Assembly (NCBI RefSeq): GCF_009834535.1
Contig: NC_045697.1
Coordinates: 24,430,001-24,494,000, forward strand
Reading direction: 5' to 3'
Origin: Camelus ferus
Lineage: Eukaryota
DNA: 64,000 nt
The notes under the pieces: model-generated
Told to the model about the DNA's origin: nothing
The model's input: only the letters and a program-made list of their open reading frames with translations
Database searches by the model: none
Shown here: one piece after another, positions 52,611-64,000 of the stretch
How the letters are laid out: every line of letters begins with the position of its first letter
Position numbering within the stretch: the stretch's first letter is position 1
Made by a program: the position numbers and the translations under genes

Positions 52611-53174
52611 ATTGTCCTATATCACTTAGAGACAGATGGCACATTCAAAACGAGTAGTGGGTTTGGGTTTAGGGAAAAGAACAGTGAAATGTACCAGCAG
52701 TAGTCATAGCTGAATCATTTACCTCCCTTACATCTGAAGGTGCAAAGAGTAGGGTAGAAATGGTCATTATTACAGAAATGGTAGATGTTCAGAAAGGACC
52801 ACATGAGAGGATTTTTGTTGCTTTGGGTCAATAGACTCAGCAACCCAGCAGGATCTTACGGCGAGGAGGGCAATAAACACTTCAGTGTTATTTCTTTCCA
52901 TATTTCCTTTCATTCTCAGAAACAAACTTAAACTCATCATTTTTAATTTTTTTAAAAAAGCATCCTCCACTACCAAGCAACCTGAAGTTTTCTGCATTAA
53001 CCAGTCAAGTCCACCAGGACAACTTTTACCAGAATACTAAATGCTTCCATGTTGCCAAATCAAATGATTACTTCTTTGTTCTCATTTTCAACTTCTCAAC
53101 AGCATTTGTTATAGAACAAGAGGGGAAGCTTGGAGACCTGGTAGAAATAAATTGTAATAATCTAACCAAGAGTT

Positions 53175-54620
53175 GATAGTTTCTTTAATATATGGTTTTG
53201 GGGAATCTAGACAGCCATATGCAAAAGAATAAAACTGGACCATTATCTTACAGCACATACAAAAATCAACTCAAAATGGATTAAAGAGTTGAATGTAAGA
53301 CTGGAAACCATAAAACTCCTAGAAGGAAGCATTGGTAGTAAGCTCCTTTATATTGGTCTTGGTAATCATGTTTGTATTTTGCACAAAAAAACAAAGTCAA
53401 CAAAAGAAAAAAAAAGTGGACTGCATTAAACTAAATGCTTCTAAACAGCAAAGGAAACCATCAACAAAATGAAAAGACAACCTACCAGATGGGAGAAAAT
53501 ATTTGCAAATTATATATCTGATAAGGGTTTAACATTCAAAAAATATAAAGAGCTCATACAACTCAATAGCAAAAAAGCAAAATATCCAATTAAAAAATGG
53601 TCAGAGGATCTGAATAGACATTTTTCTGAAGAAGACATATAGATAGGCAACAGGTACATGAAAAGGTGCTCTGTATCACAAATCAGCAGGGAAATGCAAA
53701 TCAAAACCACAATGAGGTGTCACCTTCCATCTGCCGGAATGGCTGTTATCAAAGAGCTAAGAAATAGCTCTCTTTGAGGAGGAAATGGAGAAAACGAACT
53801 TTGTGCACAGTTTGTGAGAATGTAAGTTGATATGGGGGCTATGGAAAACAGTATGAAGTTTCCTCAAAAAATTAAAAATAGAACTACCATATGATCCAGC
53901 AGTTCCACTTTTGGGTATTTATTTGAAAGAGGTGAAAACACTAACTCAAGAAGACATCTGTACCCCCATATTAACTGCAACATTATTTACAATAGCCAAG
54001 ATTTGGGAACAATCTGTGTCTTTAGATGGATAAATGGATTAAAAATGTTAAATTAAATTATTTAAAAATAATATATATATTATTCAGTCATAAAAAAGAA
54101 TGACATCTTACAATTTGCAACAATATGAGTGGACCTTGAGGACATTATGCTAAGTGAAATAATTTAGAAAGAGAAAGACAAATACTGTATGATATCATTT
54201 ATATGTGGAATCTTAAAAAAAGTAATAAAAAACCCTCTGAATACATAGAGAACAGATTTGTGGTTGCCAGAGGCAGGCATTGTGGGCTAGGCAAAAATGG
54301 GTGATGGTAATCAAAAAACACAAACCAAACTTTCAGGTATAAAATAAATAAGTCCTGGGGATGTAATGTATAGCATAGTGACTATAATTAATGATACTGT
54401 ATTATGTATTTAAAAATTGCTAGGAGATTTATCATAAATGTTCTCATCACAAGAAAAAAATTGTAGTTATACATGGTGATGGATGTTAACCAGACTTATG
54501 AGGATAATCATTTCATAATAAATGCAAATATCAAATCCTTACGTTGTACATCTGAAATGAATATATTATTTAATATATCTAATATATTATATGTCAATAT
54601 ATCTCAATTTAAAAAAGAAA
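53175..54620 (+). mobile_element. L1 (L1MA-like) 3' ~1.45 kb: ORF2 C-terminus, 3' UTR, A-rich tail
   Basis: Translates from 53220 as [35 protein letters not shown]. Also gaactaccatatgatccagc; ends tatctcaatttaaaaaagaaa. Confidence 0.95.
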
Positions 54621-55125
54621 CAACTTATTTTTGTATGTTAATTTTGTACATATAACTTTTACTAAAATTTTTATTATTCCCAAGAGTTTTTTGGTAGAGT
54701 CTTTAGGGTTTTCTACATATAAGATCATGTGACCAGGAAGTGGAGATAATTTTATTTCTTCCTTTTTGATTTGGATACCTTGTATTTCTTTTTCTTGCCT
54801 AATTGCTCTAGCTAGGACTTCAGGTACTATGTTAAATAGAAATAATGAGAATGGACATCTTTATTTTGTTCCTTATCTTACAGGACAGGCTTTTAGCTTT
54901 TCATCATTGAGTATGATGTTAGCTGGTGGCTTGATTCATATGGCTTTTATTATGCTGAGGTATATTTGTTCTACACCTAATTTGTTGAGAGTATTTTTTT
55001 TTCATGGAAGTATCAGTATTTTGTCCAATGTTTTTTCTGCTTCTACTGAGATGATATAATTTTTTTATCCTTCATTTGTGTTAATGTGGCATATCACATT
55101 TATTGATTTGTATATATTGAATCAT
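54621..55125 (-). mobile_element. L1 ORF2 (RT region) fragment
   Basis: ttttggtagagtctttagggttttctacatataagatcatgt and ttcatcattgagtatgatgttagctg are antisense L1 RT sequence. Confidence 0.9.
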
Positions 55126-56975
55126 TATCAATAAAAACTGAGGTTCAATAGGACCCAGCTGTCTATAACAATTTGTCTCATAGACAAAAATCATTTTGTA
55201 ATGAGAGTTGAAGTCAATGGAATCAATTTAATTGACTAGGAAGAGAACATCTCCCCCCCCCTTTTTTTGGGAGAATATCTTAGAAAACACCTCTCATTTT
55301 TGTGTCTTTAGAGTATATCACATACATCTACTCTACCCATAATTTATTGATGTTAAAGTTTAACTCAGTTAAACATTCTTAATTTCCTAGTTATTTGTGG
55401 TGATCTTTACCTCCTTGACTACTTTGACTCCCTTACAATTGTGTTTGATCTTCTAATTGCACTTCATGGACCTGGGGGTTTCCCAGCAGAGGATATTAGA
55501 GTCCCTTTTTATGATGTTACCAATCACATCTTTATCTATGTTCAATACTTTGTACTGAAAACTTTAAATGCTGTGGTTTTGTGTAGACTTCTAATACTAA
55601 GGACAGAAGTAAATGTGTTTCCATATACTTAGGCTTGCCTGTTTGAAGTCTTTATGTGATATGGTAAATTAGAGTGATATTTCACTTTATAATATTTTGT
55701 AAATATGTAAATACAATAGTTACTACTTGCATTCAAATGGGAAAAATTGTAGTGCTTATTAAAATTTGAGGTTTATCTTAGCACTGTTAATCTCTCCTAC
55801 ATCACTTAAAGGTACTTGTATATTTCACTTAAGAGCATTAATATTTTTCATGTTTGGAATGTTATAATTTGGCATAATTTAAACGCCTGACTAGTATTAG
55901 TATGTTGATGAAATGCTTGGGTTTTGAAATTAAATAAATCTGAGAATAGATGCTGACTTTGCCCTTTTCATGTAAAGAAGAGTTTACTTTTCTCATCTTC
56001 AGTTTCACTTAATAAAAATAATAGTATCCTAATGATCATTTTAAAATTAAGAAGCTAATTTTTTAAATTATTAGTTTAAATAAAAGGCTACGATAGAGAC
56101 ACAAATAATGGTACTATAATTATTATTAATGAAAAATAATTAATCATGTATTTTTATTCCTTAAGATTAATTAGATATTTTGAATAAAAACCCAGAGAAT
56201 CTAAGGGTATTATAATAATTGATGTCAAAACTAAGTGCAAATCAATTTGAGATGTTTCAGAATCAATATGAAATTAATTATACATCACATTAAACAATGG
56301 TTTGAAGACTTTATCTAAGCTGCTTTATTAGAATTTAAATTTTCATTGTCTATTTTAGTTAAATGATCACAGTTACTTCACATACTTAAGTGATTCTTGC
56401 ATGTGAGCTATTGTTTCCTATTCATTTTAATCCATCTTTCTTTGGCCATGCTTCTTATCATTAGAGGCATAGGGATTCAACTACACTCATTCTGGTTGCT
56501 TTTCAACTATTAATGTGCAAAGATTTGAACAATTCTTCTTCCTTTTAAGCCACTTCCAATGAGCTAACTGATCACTATCTTAATCCTCACAATACTTGTA
56601 GTTAATATCTCAAAATTTAATGTTTAATTGTTCAATAATTACTTCTTATAAAATAGTTTTATCTATCTTTATGTAGATGCATATTTCTTCAGTTCTCACA
56701 GTCATATACTCCTACCAGAGAGTCTAATACATTGCTATTTACATTATCATTATTGTATATGTGATTTGAATAGAAATGCATTAAATATGCAATGATTTTA
56801 AGCTGTTACTTCCTAGTTATCATGTCATTAAAAATGAAAAATCCTCAGAGTTAAAGTCACATAGATACATTATCAAATTATTAATTTTACTGAAATCAAT
56901 GTGTGGAATACAACTCTACAGAATAGTCCTTCTCAGTTGAGAGATGGAGTGAGATAGCATTTCCCAATAGAAGAA

Positions 56976-57620
56976 TGTCTTACACTGAGTTCCTAGAAAA
57001 CAAGTCTGAAGCAAAAGCTTGCGAGCTAACACTTTATTAGAAGTGCAATTCCTGGGAACTGGCAGTCAAAGCAAAAAGGCGGTGAGGCATGAAGACAACA
57101 AATGCAAGAGTTACAGAACCCAACACAGGTTTGAAACAAATACACGTGAGGGCTAAGTCATGTGGGATGTCTCTAGAGAGGTCAGTAAGATACTAATCCA
57201 TCTTGGGACAGTCCTTGGGGGCAGGAAGAACAAAGAATTTATCTGATGGCTTCTGCTTGACTTGTGTCTTTTATTGATCAAATACTATCCAAGGAGTAAA
57301 TGACTCGCCCACATCTCTAGGCTGCATTACCTGGCTCTCTGGGCACAACTGGGAAGCCGTAATTCCAGCAGGTACAATGTTGCTGTTGTGCAGGGTTAGC
57401 AGTCTTTCACTGCAAGTCTCTGGAGTATAAAACTTAAATCTGTACAGAAGGCGGCTTAGACTCAACGTAGAGGGGATAGTTGCTGTGAGAGTACGTGCCA
57501 TCACTGGGGATATATCAGCTGTTCCAGGAAGCCAGAAAGCGACTGTAGCCTGGGGAGCTGGTGGAAGTGAGCAGATCTGGGAGGCACAAATCTTGGTTCC
57601 AATACAGTGAATATGCCTCT
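56976..57620 (-). mobile_element. Old ERVL-type LTR (LTR33/LTR41-like)
   Basis: tgtcttacactgagttcctagaaaacaagtctgaagcaaaagctt ... tttatt; gaatttatctgatggcttc ... attgatcaaa. Confidence 0.55.
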
Positions 57621-58891
57621 TGGAACATATATACTTTGAAAATGAATTTCTAATATAATTATTTTCTAAATAAAGGCAACTGAAATTAATATTCAACTAA
57701 ATATTACCTAAAAACAATGTAGAAAATAAGGGAAAATGAAAGAAAGAAATTTCCATCAAAATTTCCACAAAACTATCTGATTTAATTGGTATTAAGTACT
57801 CTGTATTGTAATCATTCCTTATATCTGAAAATTAAAAATCTATGTGATAATTATAAAACACTTACAATTACATGTAATTAGATCTCTCCAACTTACATAT
57901 AGAATTTTATATATTCAATAATTTTTAAATAACAATCAAGAAAATTTAGGAGTATCATACAGATGAAGATTCCATCCAGTGTTCTTGAAGACAAATTTAA
58001 ATACAAAAATTTAAGGACATTTAATTAGATAATCATTTCCTGCTGTCTATATTTGCACAAATAGTAAATATACTATTCTGATTAGTATTTTATAAATGAC
58101 TATTTATGCACATACCACAAAAAATGACTAGCAAAATGCACTGTATTATTATTATTAGCCTATTATTTAGATGAACTTCATGGAAACTGTGGTTGGCAAT
58201 CTACCAACATAACGTATCACACAGGGGAAACAACCTTATTAACGAGTTGGCCTGTTGGTCATCAGTGGCCTCTAGCTTTTATATTTTATCAACAGAATTT
58301 AAATGAAGTTGCATCCGTCTCATGCAGTTCAATTTTTCCTTCTCTAATGAAGTTTTGCTGCATTAAAATACATAATTAATATGATTTAGTAATTAATTGA
58401 AATAACTCTTGCTTGAGAAGAAGGAAGGCATAGATATGTAATCTACCAGTTATAGAAGAGTTTTATAACCACATCTTCAAAAACCATGACATTATTAGCT
58501 AATTTGAGATTTTCTTTACTTTTTTATGTACCTTTTTCATGTACCTTTTTCATGGTGAAGATGATGATGAATTGTAAAATGGCCTAAAGTTAAGAAGATG
58601 AAGAAGAAAGCAATGAATCAAAAATCATGAATATTTGCAAGCCAAATAATAGATCACTAGAGAATTTCCATTTATATTATGAAGAAGCTGCAAAAAAAAT
58701 CTTTGCCTTTTTTAGTGTGAAATTAACTATTTATTTGTTTTAATTTTATTTTTATTTAGAGCATTTAATTTTAATTTAATTAAGAATTTAGTTATATTTT
58801 CCTAAAGGAAATCCCAGACTTCTTATTTCTTAATTTTCTCAAGTACATTATTAAGTTAGGCTGCATTACCAAGAATTTTTTCAGAGGATTC

Positions 58892-59459
58892 TGTGATGGT
58901 TAATTTTATGTGTTAACTTGAGAAGGACAAGAAGTGCCCAGATACTTGGTTAAACATGATTTCTGGGTATGTCTGTGAGAGTGTTTCCAGATCGAATTAG
59001 CATTTTAATTGGTAGACTGAGCAAAGCGGATTGCTGTTCTCAATGTGGGTGGGCCTCATACAATCTGCTAAGATATTGGGACTAGAATAAAAAGGTGATG
59101 GAAGGAAGAATCTGCCCTCTTTCTGACTGTGTGAACTGGGACCTTCTCCTGCATTTAGACTGAGACTTAACCTTTGGCTCCCCTGGATCTTGGGCCTTTG
59201 GACTCTGTCTGGGACTTACATCATTGACTCTGTTGGTTCTCAGGCATTTAGGCTTGGACTGAAACTAAACCACCTAGTTTTTGTGGCTTCATTTGCAGCC
59301 TCCATATTCATATGAGCCAATTTCTTATGAAAAAAATCTCTCTCCATGTTGATAGTTAGATAGACAGAAGATAGATACATACACACACACATACACACAT
59401 GCACACACACACATGATCTTATATCTATCTATCATATATATCTTATAGACAGATATAAG

Positions 59460-59514
<55 letters not shown>

Positions 59515-59562
59515 CTGAATATATATATATTCTGTTTCTCTGACAAACCCTAACTAATATCA
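58892..59562 (+). mobile_element. MLT2 5' LTR of an ERV-L provirus
   Basis: Starts tgtgatggttaattttatgtgttaacttg and ends tctgtttctctgacaaaccctaactaatatca. Carries an internal microsatellite. Confidence 0.92.
59355..59530. repeat. (GATA)/(CA)n/(TA)n compound microsatellite inside MLT2
   Basis: Directly visible, with a perfect (TA)n(CA)n run at ~59464-59514. Confidence 0.95.
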
Positions 59563-59689
59563 ATTTGGGGACTAAGAGTAGTTCTAGAAGAACAGAATTT
59601 AAAGATAAGTTTTCAGAACTGGCCTGGGGGTTTTGGAATTGAAAATCTAATTAGGTTTAAAGATGGTAAGGATTCTATTTATAGTAATA

Positions 59690-61290
59690 AGGGGGTACTG
59701 ATAGTTCACATTGTGAACTGGCAGAGCTGGCAGATATATACAAAATATGTGCATTGGCTACTCCTAATTAACCACTTATAAGAAACAAGAAGCTGGGTGA
59801 CTGTGCAAGACACCTTTGAACATTTTTGGAAAACTGACTAATATAATGGGGTTGGCTGGATATTTCTAACGTTGTTGGACAGAGTGAAGAAGGAAAAAGA
59901 TGAGCTCAGGGATCTGAACTCCCAATCAAGTACCATGTAAATAACTTTAATGAATGTGCCCTGGAGACCCTTATTTCCTTTAGCTGCAGGGCTGAGATTG
60001 CTGAGAATCAAGCATAGAACACACACTCATAATTAAAATGCAAGTTGAACTCTCAACCTCCCAGGGTCTCTACTACTAAAGTGAGTGCACTGGTTGGGAA
60101 AGAACGGAATCCTGTGAGTTAGAACGGAGACATGACCCTGACAAAGCTGGGGATACTGAAGCCCTAAATATTGGTGAGTCCCCTTCGCCAGCAGAAGTGG
60201 CCTCCCCAGCCGCAGTGGTATTGCCCTTTCCTTCCCCATCTGAAAGGGTTAACTCTGTATTGCCTGAGGAAAGTATGTTTACACCTAAAGCAATTGTGAG
60301 ACATGCTGATTCTCCTCAGGACCCACTCCCACTACCCTCTGCTTCTAGACCTATAACTGAACACAAAACCCAACAGGCCCCTAAAGTGAAGTACAAAGTG
60401 TAACCCATGAGGTGAGCTACACTCCAAAAGAACTACTGTATGTAGACAGAAATCTGGAAAAAAATGTGTAGGAATGGATACTAAGAATATGGAATCATAG
60501 CAGAAGGAACACAAAGTTGGATCAGGTCAAATTTACTGATTCAGGCTCACTAAGCAGAGAATCTATGCTTAACAGTCTGGGTGGCTGAAACACTGACCAG
60601 ATGCTGACCCGTAGACTTCAAGTTTGAAATGCTAGACCCGTCATTGTTTAAAGCAAAGAATTCAAAGCTTAGGGAGATTGGAAGGTTAGAGTGGATTGGT
60701 CATTTAAGACCTACTCACCCACGCTGGGAGGGTACAGAAGACATAAGTTGCACCAATAATGTGAGAAATTAATTTTTAAGTGTTGTCAAAGCACCCCTGA
60801 AGGGCTCTTTGATCACTCTTCTCTGTCGGCCAGATGTTACAGCAGGCACTAAATTGGTAAACCTAAATGCACGGAGAGTCATTGGATCTGGTGGTGGCAG
60901 GGACCACCAAAGGCAAGGTAAGCATGGTTACCATGATGGACAACAGAGTCAAAGCAGCACTCAGAACAGTCTGACTTCTACAGACCCATGGCACTGGCTA
61001 GTTGTTCATGTGGTACCTCGAGGTTTAAATAGATAAAAAACCTACTAAAATCTGACCAGGTCTATATAAGCAGAAAAATTATAGGTCAAGTGAAAGAAAA
61101 GTCTAACCTGAATTATACAAACTGAATCACAACTACTCAATCAATTCTCAGACTTGAGTCAATTCACAGATTCAAAACCCCTTAAATGAAGGGAAGGACC
61201 CTGGTATACTTCCAAAAATGTATACCTAATCTTTCTCTCAACCTTCCCCAAAGGGACCTGTGGCCTTTTGCCAGAGTAATTGAGTTCACT
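59690..61290 (+). pseudogene. gag: ERV-L gag remnant
   Basis: Lies between the leader and the protease. Fragments DSPQDPLPLPSASRPITE and DPWHWLVVHVVPR resemble ERV-L Gag. Many stops and frameshifts. Confidence 0.7.
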
Positions 61291-61640
61291 GAGGAAAAGG
61301 AAATAGTCAGACCTTTCAGGGACTGGACACTGGCTCTGAACTGATGTCAATTCCGTGAGACCTAAACCTTCACTGTGGTCCACTGTCAAAGTAGGGGCTT
61401 ATGAAAGTCAGGTGATGAGTGGAATTTTTGCTCAGGTCCCTCTCCCATTGGGCCCAGTGGCTTTCTGAACCCATCCTACTGTAATTTCCCCAGGTCCAGA
61501 ATGCATAGTTGGAATAGATAGTTATCGACTGACAGCATCACCACTCTGGTTCCCTGGCCTGTAGAATGAGGGAGATTACAGAGGGAAAGACCAAGGGGAA
61601 GCCATTAGAACTGCTTCTCTCTAAGAAAATAGTAAACCTG
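61290..61640 (+). pseudogene. pro: ERV-L aspartic protease remnant
   Basis: gacactggctctgaactgatgtcaattccgtga at 61326 reads DTGSELMSIP*. ccagaatgcatagttggaatagat reads PECIVGID. Confidence 0.85.
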
Positions 61641-64000
61641 AAGCAATACTGCAGCCCAAAGGGATTGCAATGATTAGTGCTACCATTAAGGACTTAAAGG
61701 ATGCGAGGGTGCCGATTCCTACCTTATTACCATTAAACTCTGTGGGGAATGGACTATAGAAGATGATTAATTTTGGAGAGTAACAGTGGATTATCACCAA
61801 CTTAAACAGGTGGTAATTCCAATTGCTGTTGCTTTAACAGAAGTGGTTTCATTTTGAGTTAATTAACACATCCCTTGGTACCTAGGAAGTAGCTTTTAAT
61901 CTGGAAAATGCCTTTTTCTCCATTCCTGTCAAAAAGATCCACCAGAAGGAGTTTGTTGTCAGCTTGCAAGGCCACCTTCCTTGCTCTACATTAGGCATGT
62001 ATTAACCCTTCAGCCTTAGGTCATAATTTAGTCCAGAGGGGTCTTGATTTCCTTTCCCTTTTATAAGAAGTCACACTGGTCCAATATGTCAATCATTTTA
62101 TTCTGATTGGATCAAGTGAGAAGGAAATAGCAACTACTTCAGACTTATTGATAAGACATTTACATGTGGGAAATAAATCCAGCTGAATTTCAGGGGCCTT
62201 CTACCTCAGTGATATTTTTAGGGTTGAGTAGCATGGGTCCTGTTGAGATGTCCTCTCTGAGGTGAAGGATGGGTTCTTACATCTGGCCCTTCATGCAACC
62301 GAAAAAGATGTACCACACCTAGTGGGCCTCTTTAGATATTGGAGGCAACATATTCTTCATTTGATTGTAATTCTTTGGCTTATATACTGGGAGTCCTGAA
62401 ATGTCACTAAATTTGAGCGGGATCCAGAACAGTAGAAGGCTCTGAAACGGAGCCAGGCTGCATGTATGTTTCTCTGCCACTTGTGCCATATGACCCAGAA
62501 GACGCAATGGTGCTTGAAGTGTCAGTGGCAGAGAGCGGTTCTCTCTGACCTTTCGCAGGCCTCTATACATGAATCACAGCACAGGCTCCTAGAGCTTTGG
62601 GTAAAGCCCTGCTATCCCCCACAGACAACTGCTTTTCTTTTGAGAACCAGCACGTGACATACTACTAAGCTTTAGTAAAGACCGAACATTTAACCATGTG
62701 CCACCCAGTTACCATGCAGCCTGAGCTGCCTTCATGAACTGGATGTTATCTGACCTATCAAGTCATAAATGTGGGCGTGCCCAGGAACACTCCATCATCA
62801 AATGGAAGGGGTATATACATGTTTGGGCCCAAGCAGGCCTTGAAAGTACGCGTAGGTTATATAAAGAAGTGAACCTAAATGGTCCCCACTCTTGCTACGC
62901 TGCTTTCTGTCTCTTAAGCTGTACCTATGGCCTCATGGGAAATTCTCTGTGATCAACAACAGAGGAAAAGGAGCCTCAGGCCTGGTTTACAGAAGGCTCT
63001 CCACAACAAGCAGGCACCACCCTAAAGTGAACAGGTCAGCATTACAGCTCCTCTCTGGGACACCGCTGAAGGGCAGTTTTGAAATAAATTCTTCCCAGTG
63101 GGCAGACATTCTAGCAGGGCAACTGCTCTGTTCAATTGGCTTGGAAGGTGAAATAGGCAGATATGCAATTACGTATTGATTTGTGGGCTGTGGCTAGTGG
63201 TTTGGCTAGATGATCAGGGAATTAGAAGGAACATGATTGGGAAATTAATGACAACAAAATTTGGGTAAGGAGTATGTGGGAAGACCTCTCTGAATGGCTA
63301 AAAATCTTGAAGAAATTTGTATCATCAAAGGGTGACATCAGCACAAGAGGATTTAAATAATCAAGCGATAGGATGAACTGTTCTGTGGATGCTAGTCAGC
63401 TTCTTTCTCCAGCCACCCTGTCATTGGCTGGTGGGCTCAGGAACAAAGTGGTAATGGTGGCAGAGAAGTAGGTTATACACATAATCAGCAACATGGACTT
63501 CCACTCACCGAGGCCTACCTGGCTCTGGCCGCTGCCGAGTGCCCAGTATGCCAGTATCAGAGGCCAATGCCAAGCCCCCAATATGGCACCATCCCTACGA
63601 TGATCAGCCAGGTACCTGGTGGCGGATTACACTGGGCTGCTTCCATCATGGAAAGACAGTGTTTTGCTCTTACTGAAATAGACACTCTGAATACAGAATT
63701 TCTTTCCCTGCACACAGTAGTTCTGCCAAAACTATCACCTGTGGATTGCCTGTCCTCAGTCACAGTATTCCACACATTACCTCTGCCCAAGGAACTCACT
63801 GCACAGAGAAAGGGGCCTAGCAATGGGCCCATGCCCGTGGAAGCCACTGGTCTTATCATTTCCCCCACTGCCCCAAAGCAGCTGGTTTGATAGATCAGAG
63901 GAATGGCTTTTTGAATACTCAGTTACCGTGCCTGCTGGGTGGTAACACAAGCAGGTCTGGAGCAGGGTCCTCCAGAAGGATGTATATGCTCTGAGTACGC
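61640..64000 (+). pseudogene. pol: ERV-L pol remnant (RT, RNase H, integrase)
   Basis: RT: WRVTVDYHQLKQVV (~61773), NLENAFFSIP (~61898), LVQYVNHFILIG (YxDD position 62085-62096). RNase H: WFTEGS (~62983) and SSQWA. Integrase: CPVCQ zinc-finger half (~63540), LTEIDT, and a GLIDQRNGFL-type motif (~63885). Confidence 0.9.

Larger units (their letters stand above)
59563..64000 (+). mobile_element. ERV-L internal region, truncated by the window end
   Basis: Begins atttggggactaagagtagttctagaagaacagaa (degenerate ERV-L leader). Colinear gag, pro, RT, RNase H and IN remnants follow. Confidence 0.92.

Noticed and set aside
52500..52703. ORF with LLSCFLAF repeats
   Set aside because: It is the translation of a microsatellite.
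53510..55059. ORFs 53510-53710(-) and 54766-55059(+) resembling database 'hypothetical proteins'
   Set aside because: Both are antisense translations of L1 ORF2.
57271..57696. 141-aa minus-strand ORF
   Set aside because: It lies largely within an old LTR-like element and has no recognisable motif.
58526..58554. Short tandem duplication atgtacctttttc x2 (similar micro-duplications near 25657, 32187 and 46549)
   Set aside because: Ordinary replication-slippage products.
59690..64000. Domesticated gag/pol gene (Fv1-like co-option)
   Set aside because: No ORF exceeds ~107 aa, stops and frameshifts are pervasive, and catalytic residues are mutated.

Overview
AT-rich mammalian non-coding DNA, most likely camelid (alpaca/llama/camel), judged from a Vic-1-like tRNA-derived SINE and artiodactyl-type L1 3' ends. 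I find no supportable host protein-coding exon, RNA gene or CRISPR array. The ORF-track entries are chance ORFs or fragments of decayed retroelements. The window is a patchwork of transposon relics: L1 fragments of several ages, MIR/L2, MaLR and ERV1-type solo LTRs, and two decayed class III (ERV-L superfamily) proviruses. One provirus is LTR16/ERV3-16-like on the minus strand (~46.9-49.7 kb). The other is MLT2/ERV-L on the plus strand (58.9 kb to the window end, gag-pro-RT-RNaseH-IN, catalytically dead). I see no convincing novel biological system. The best second-look items are two twin-primed inverted L1 insertions, two L1 insertions at one endonuclease site, clustered L1 truncation points next to a G-quadruplex motif, a ~130-bp fold-back with a perfect 26-bp palindrome, an unexplained ~60-bp dispersed duplication, and a CpG-retaining patch beside an LTR. 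Repeat family names come from recalled consensus similarity, not a database search. Boundaries of old elements are approximate.
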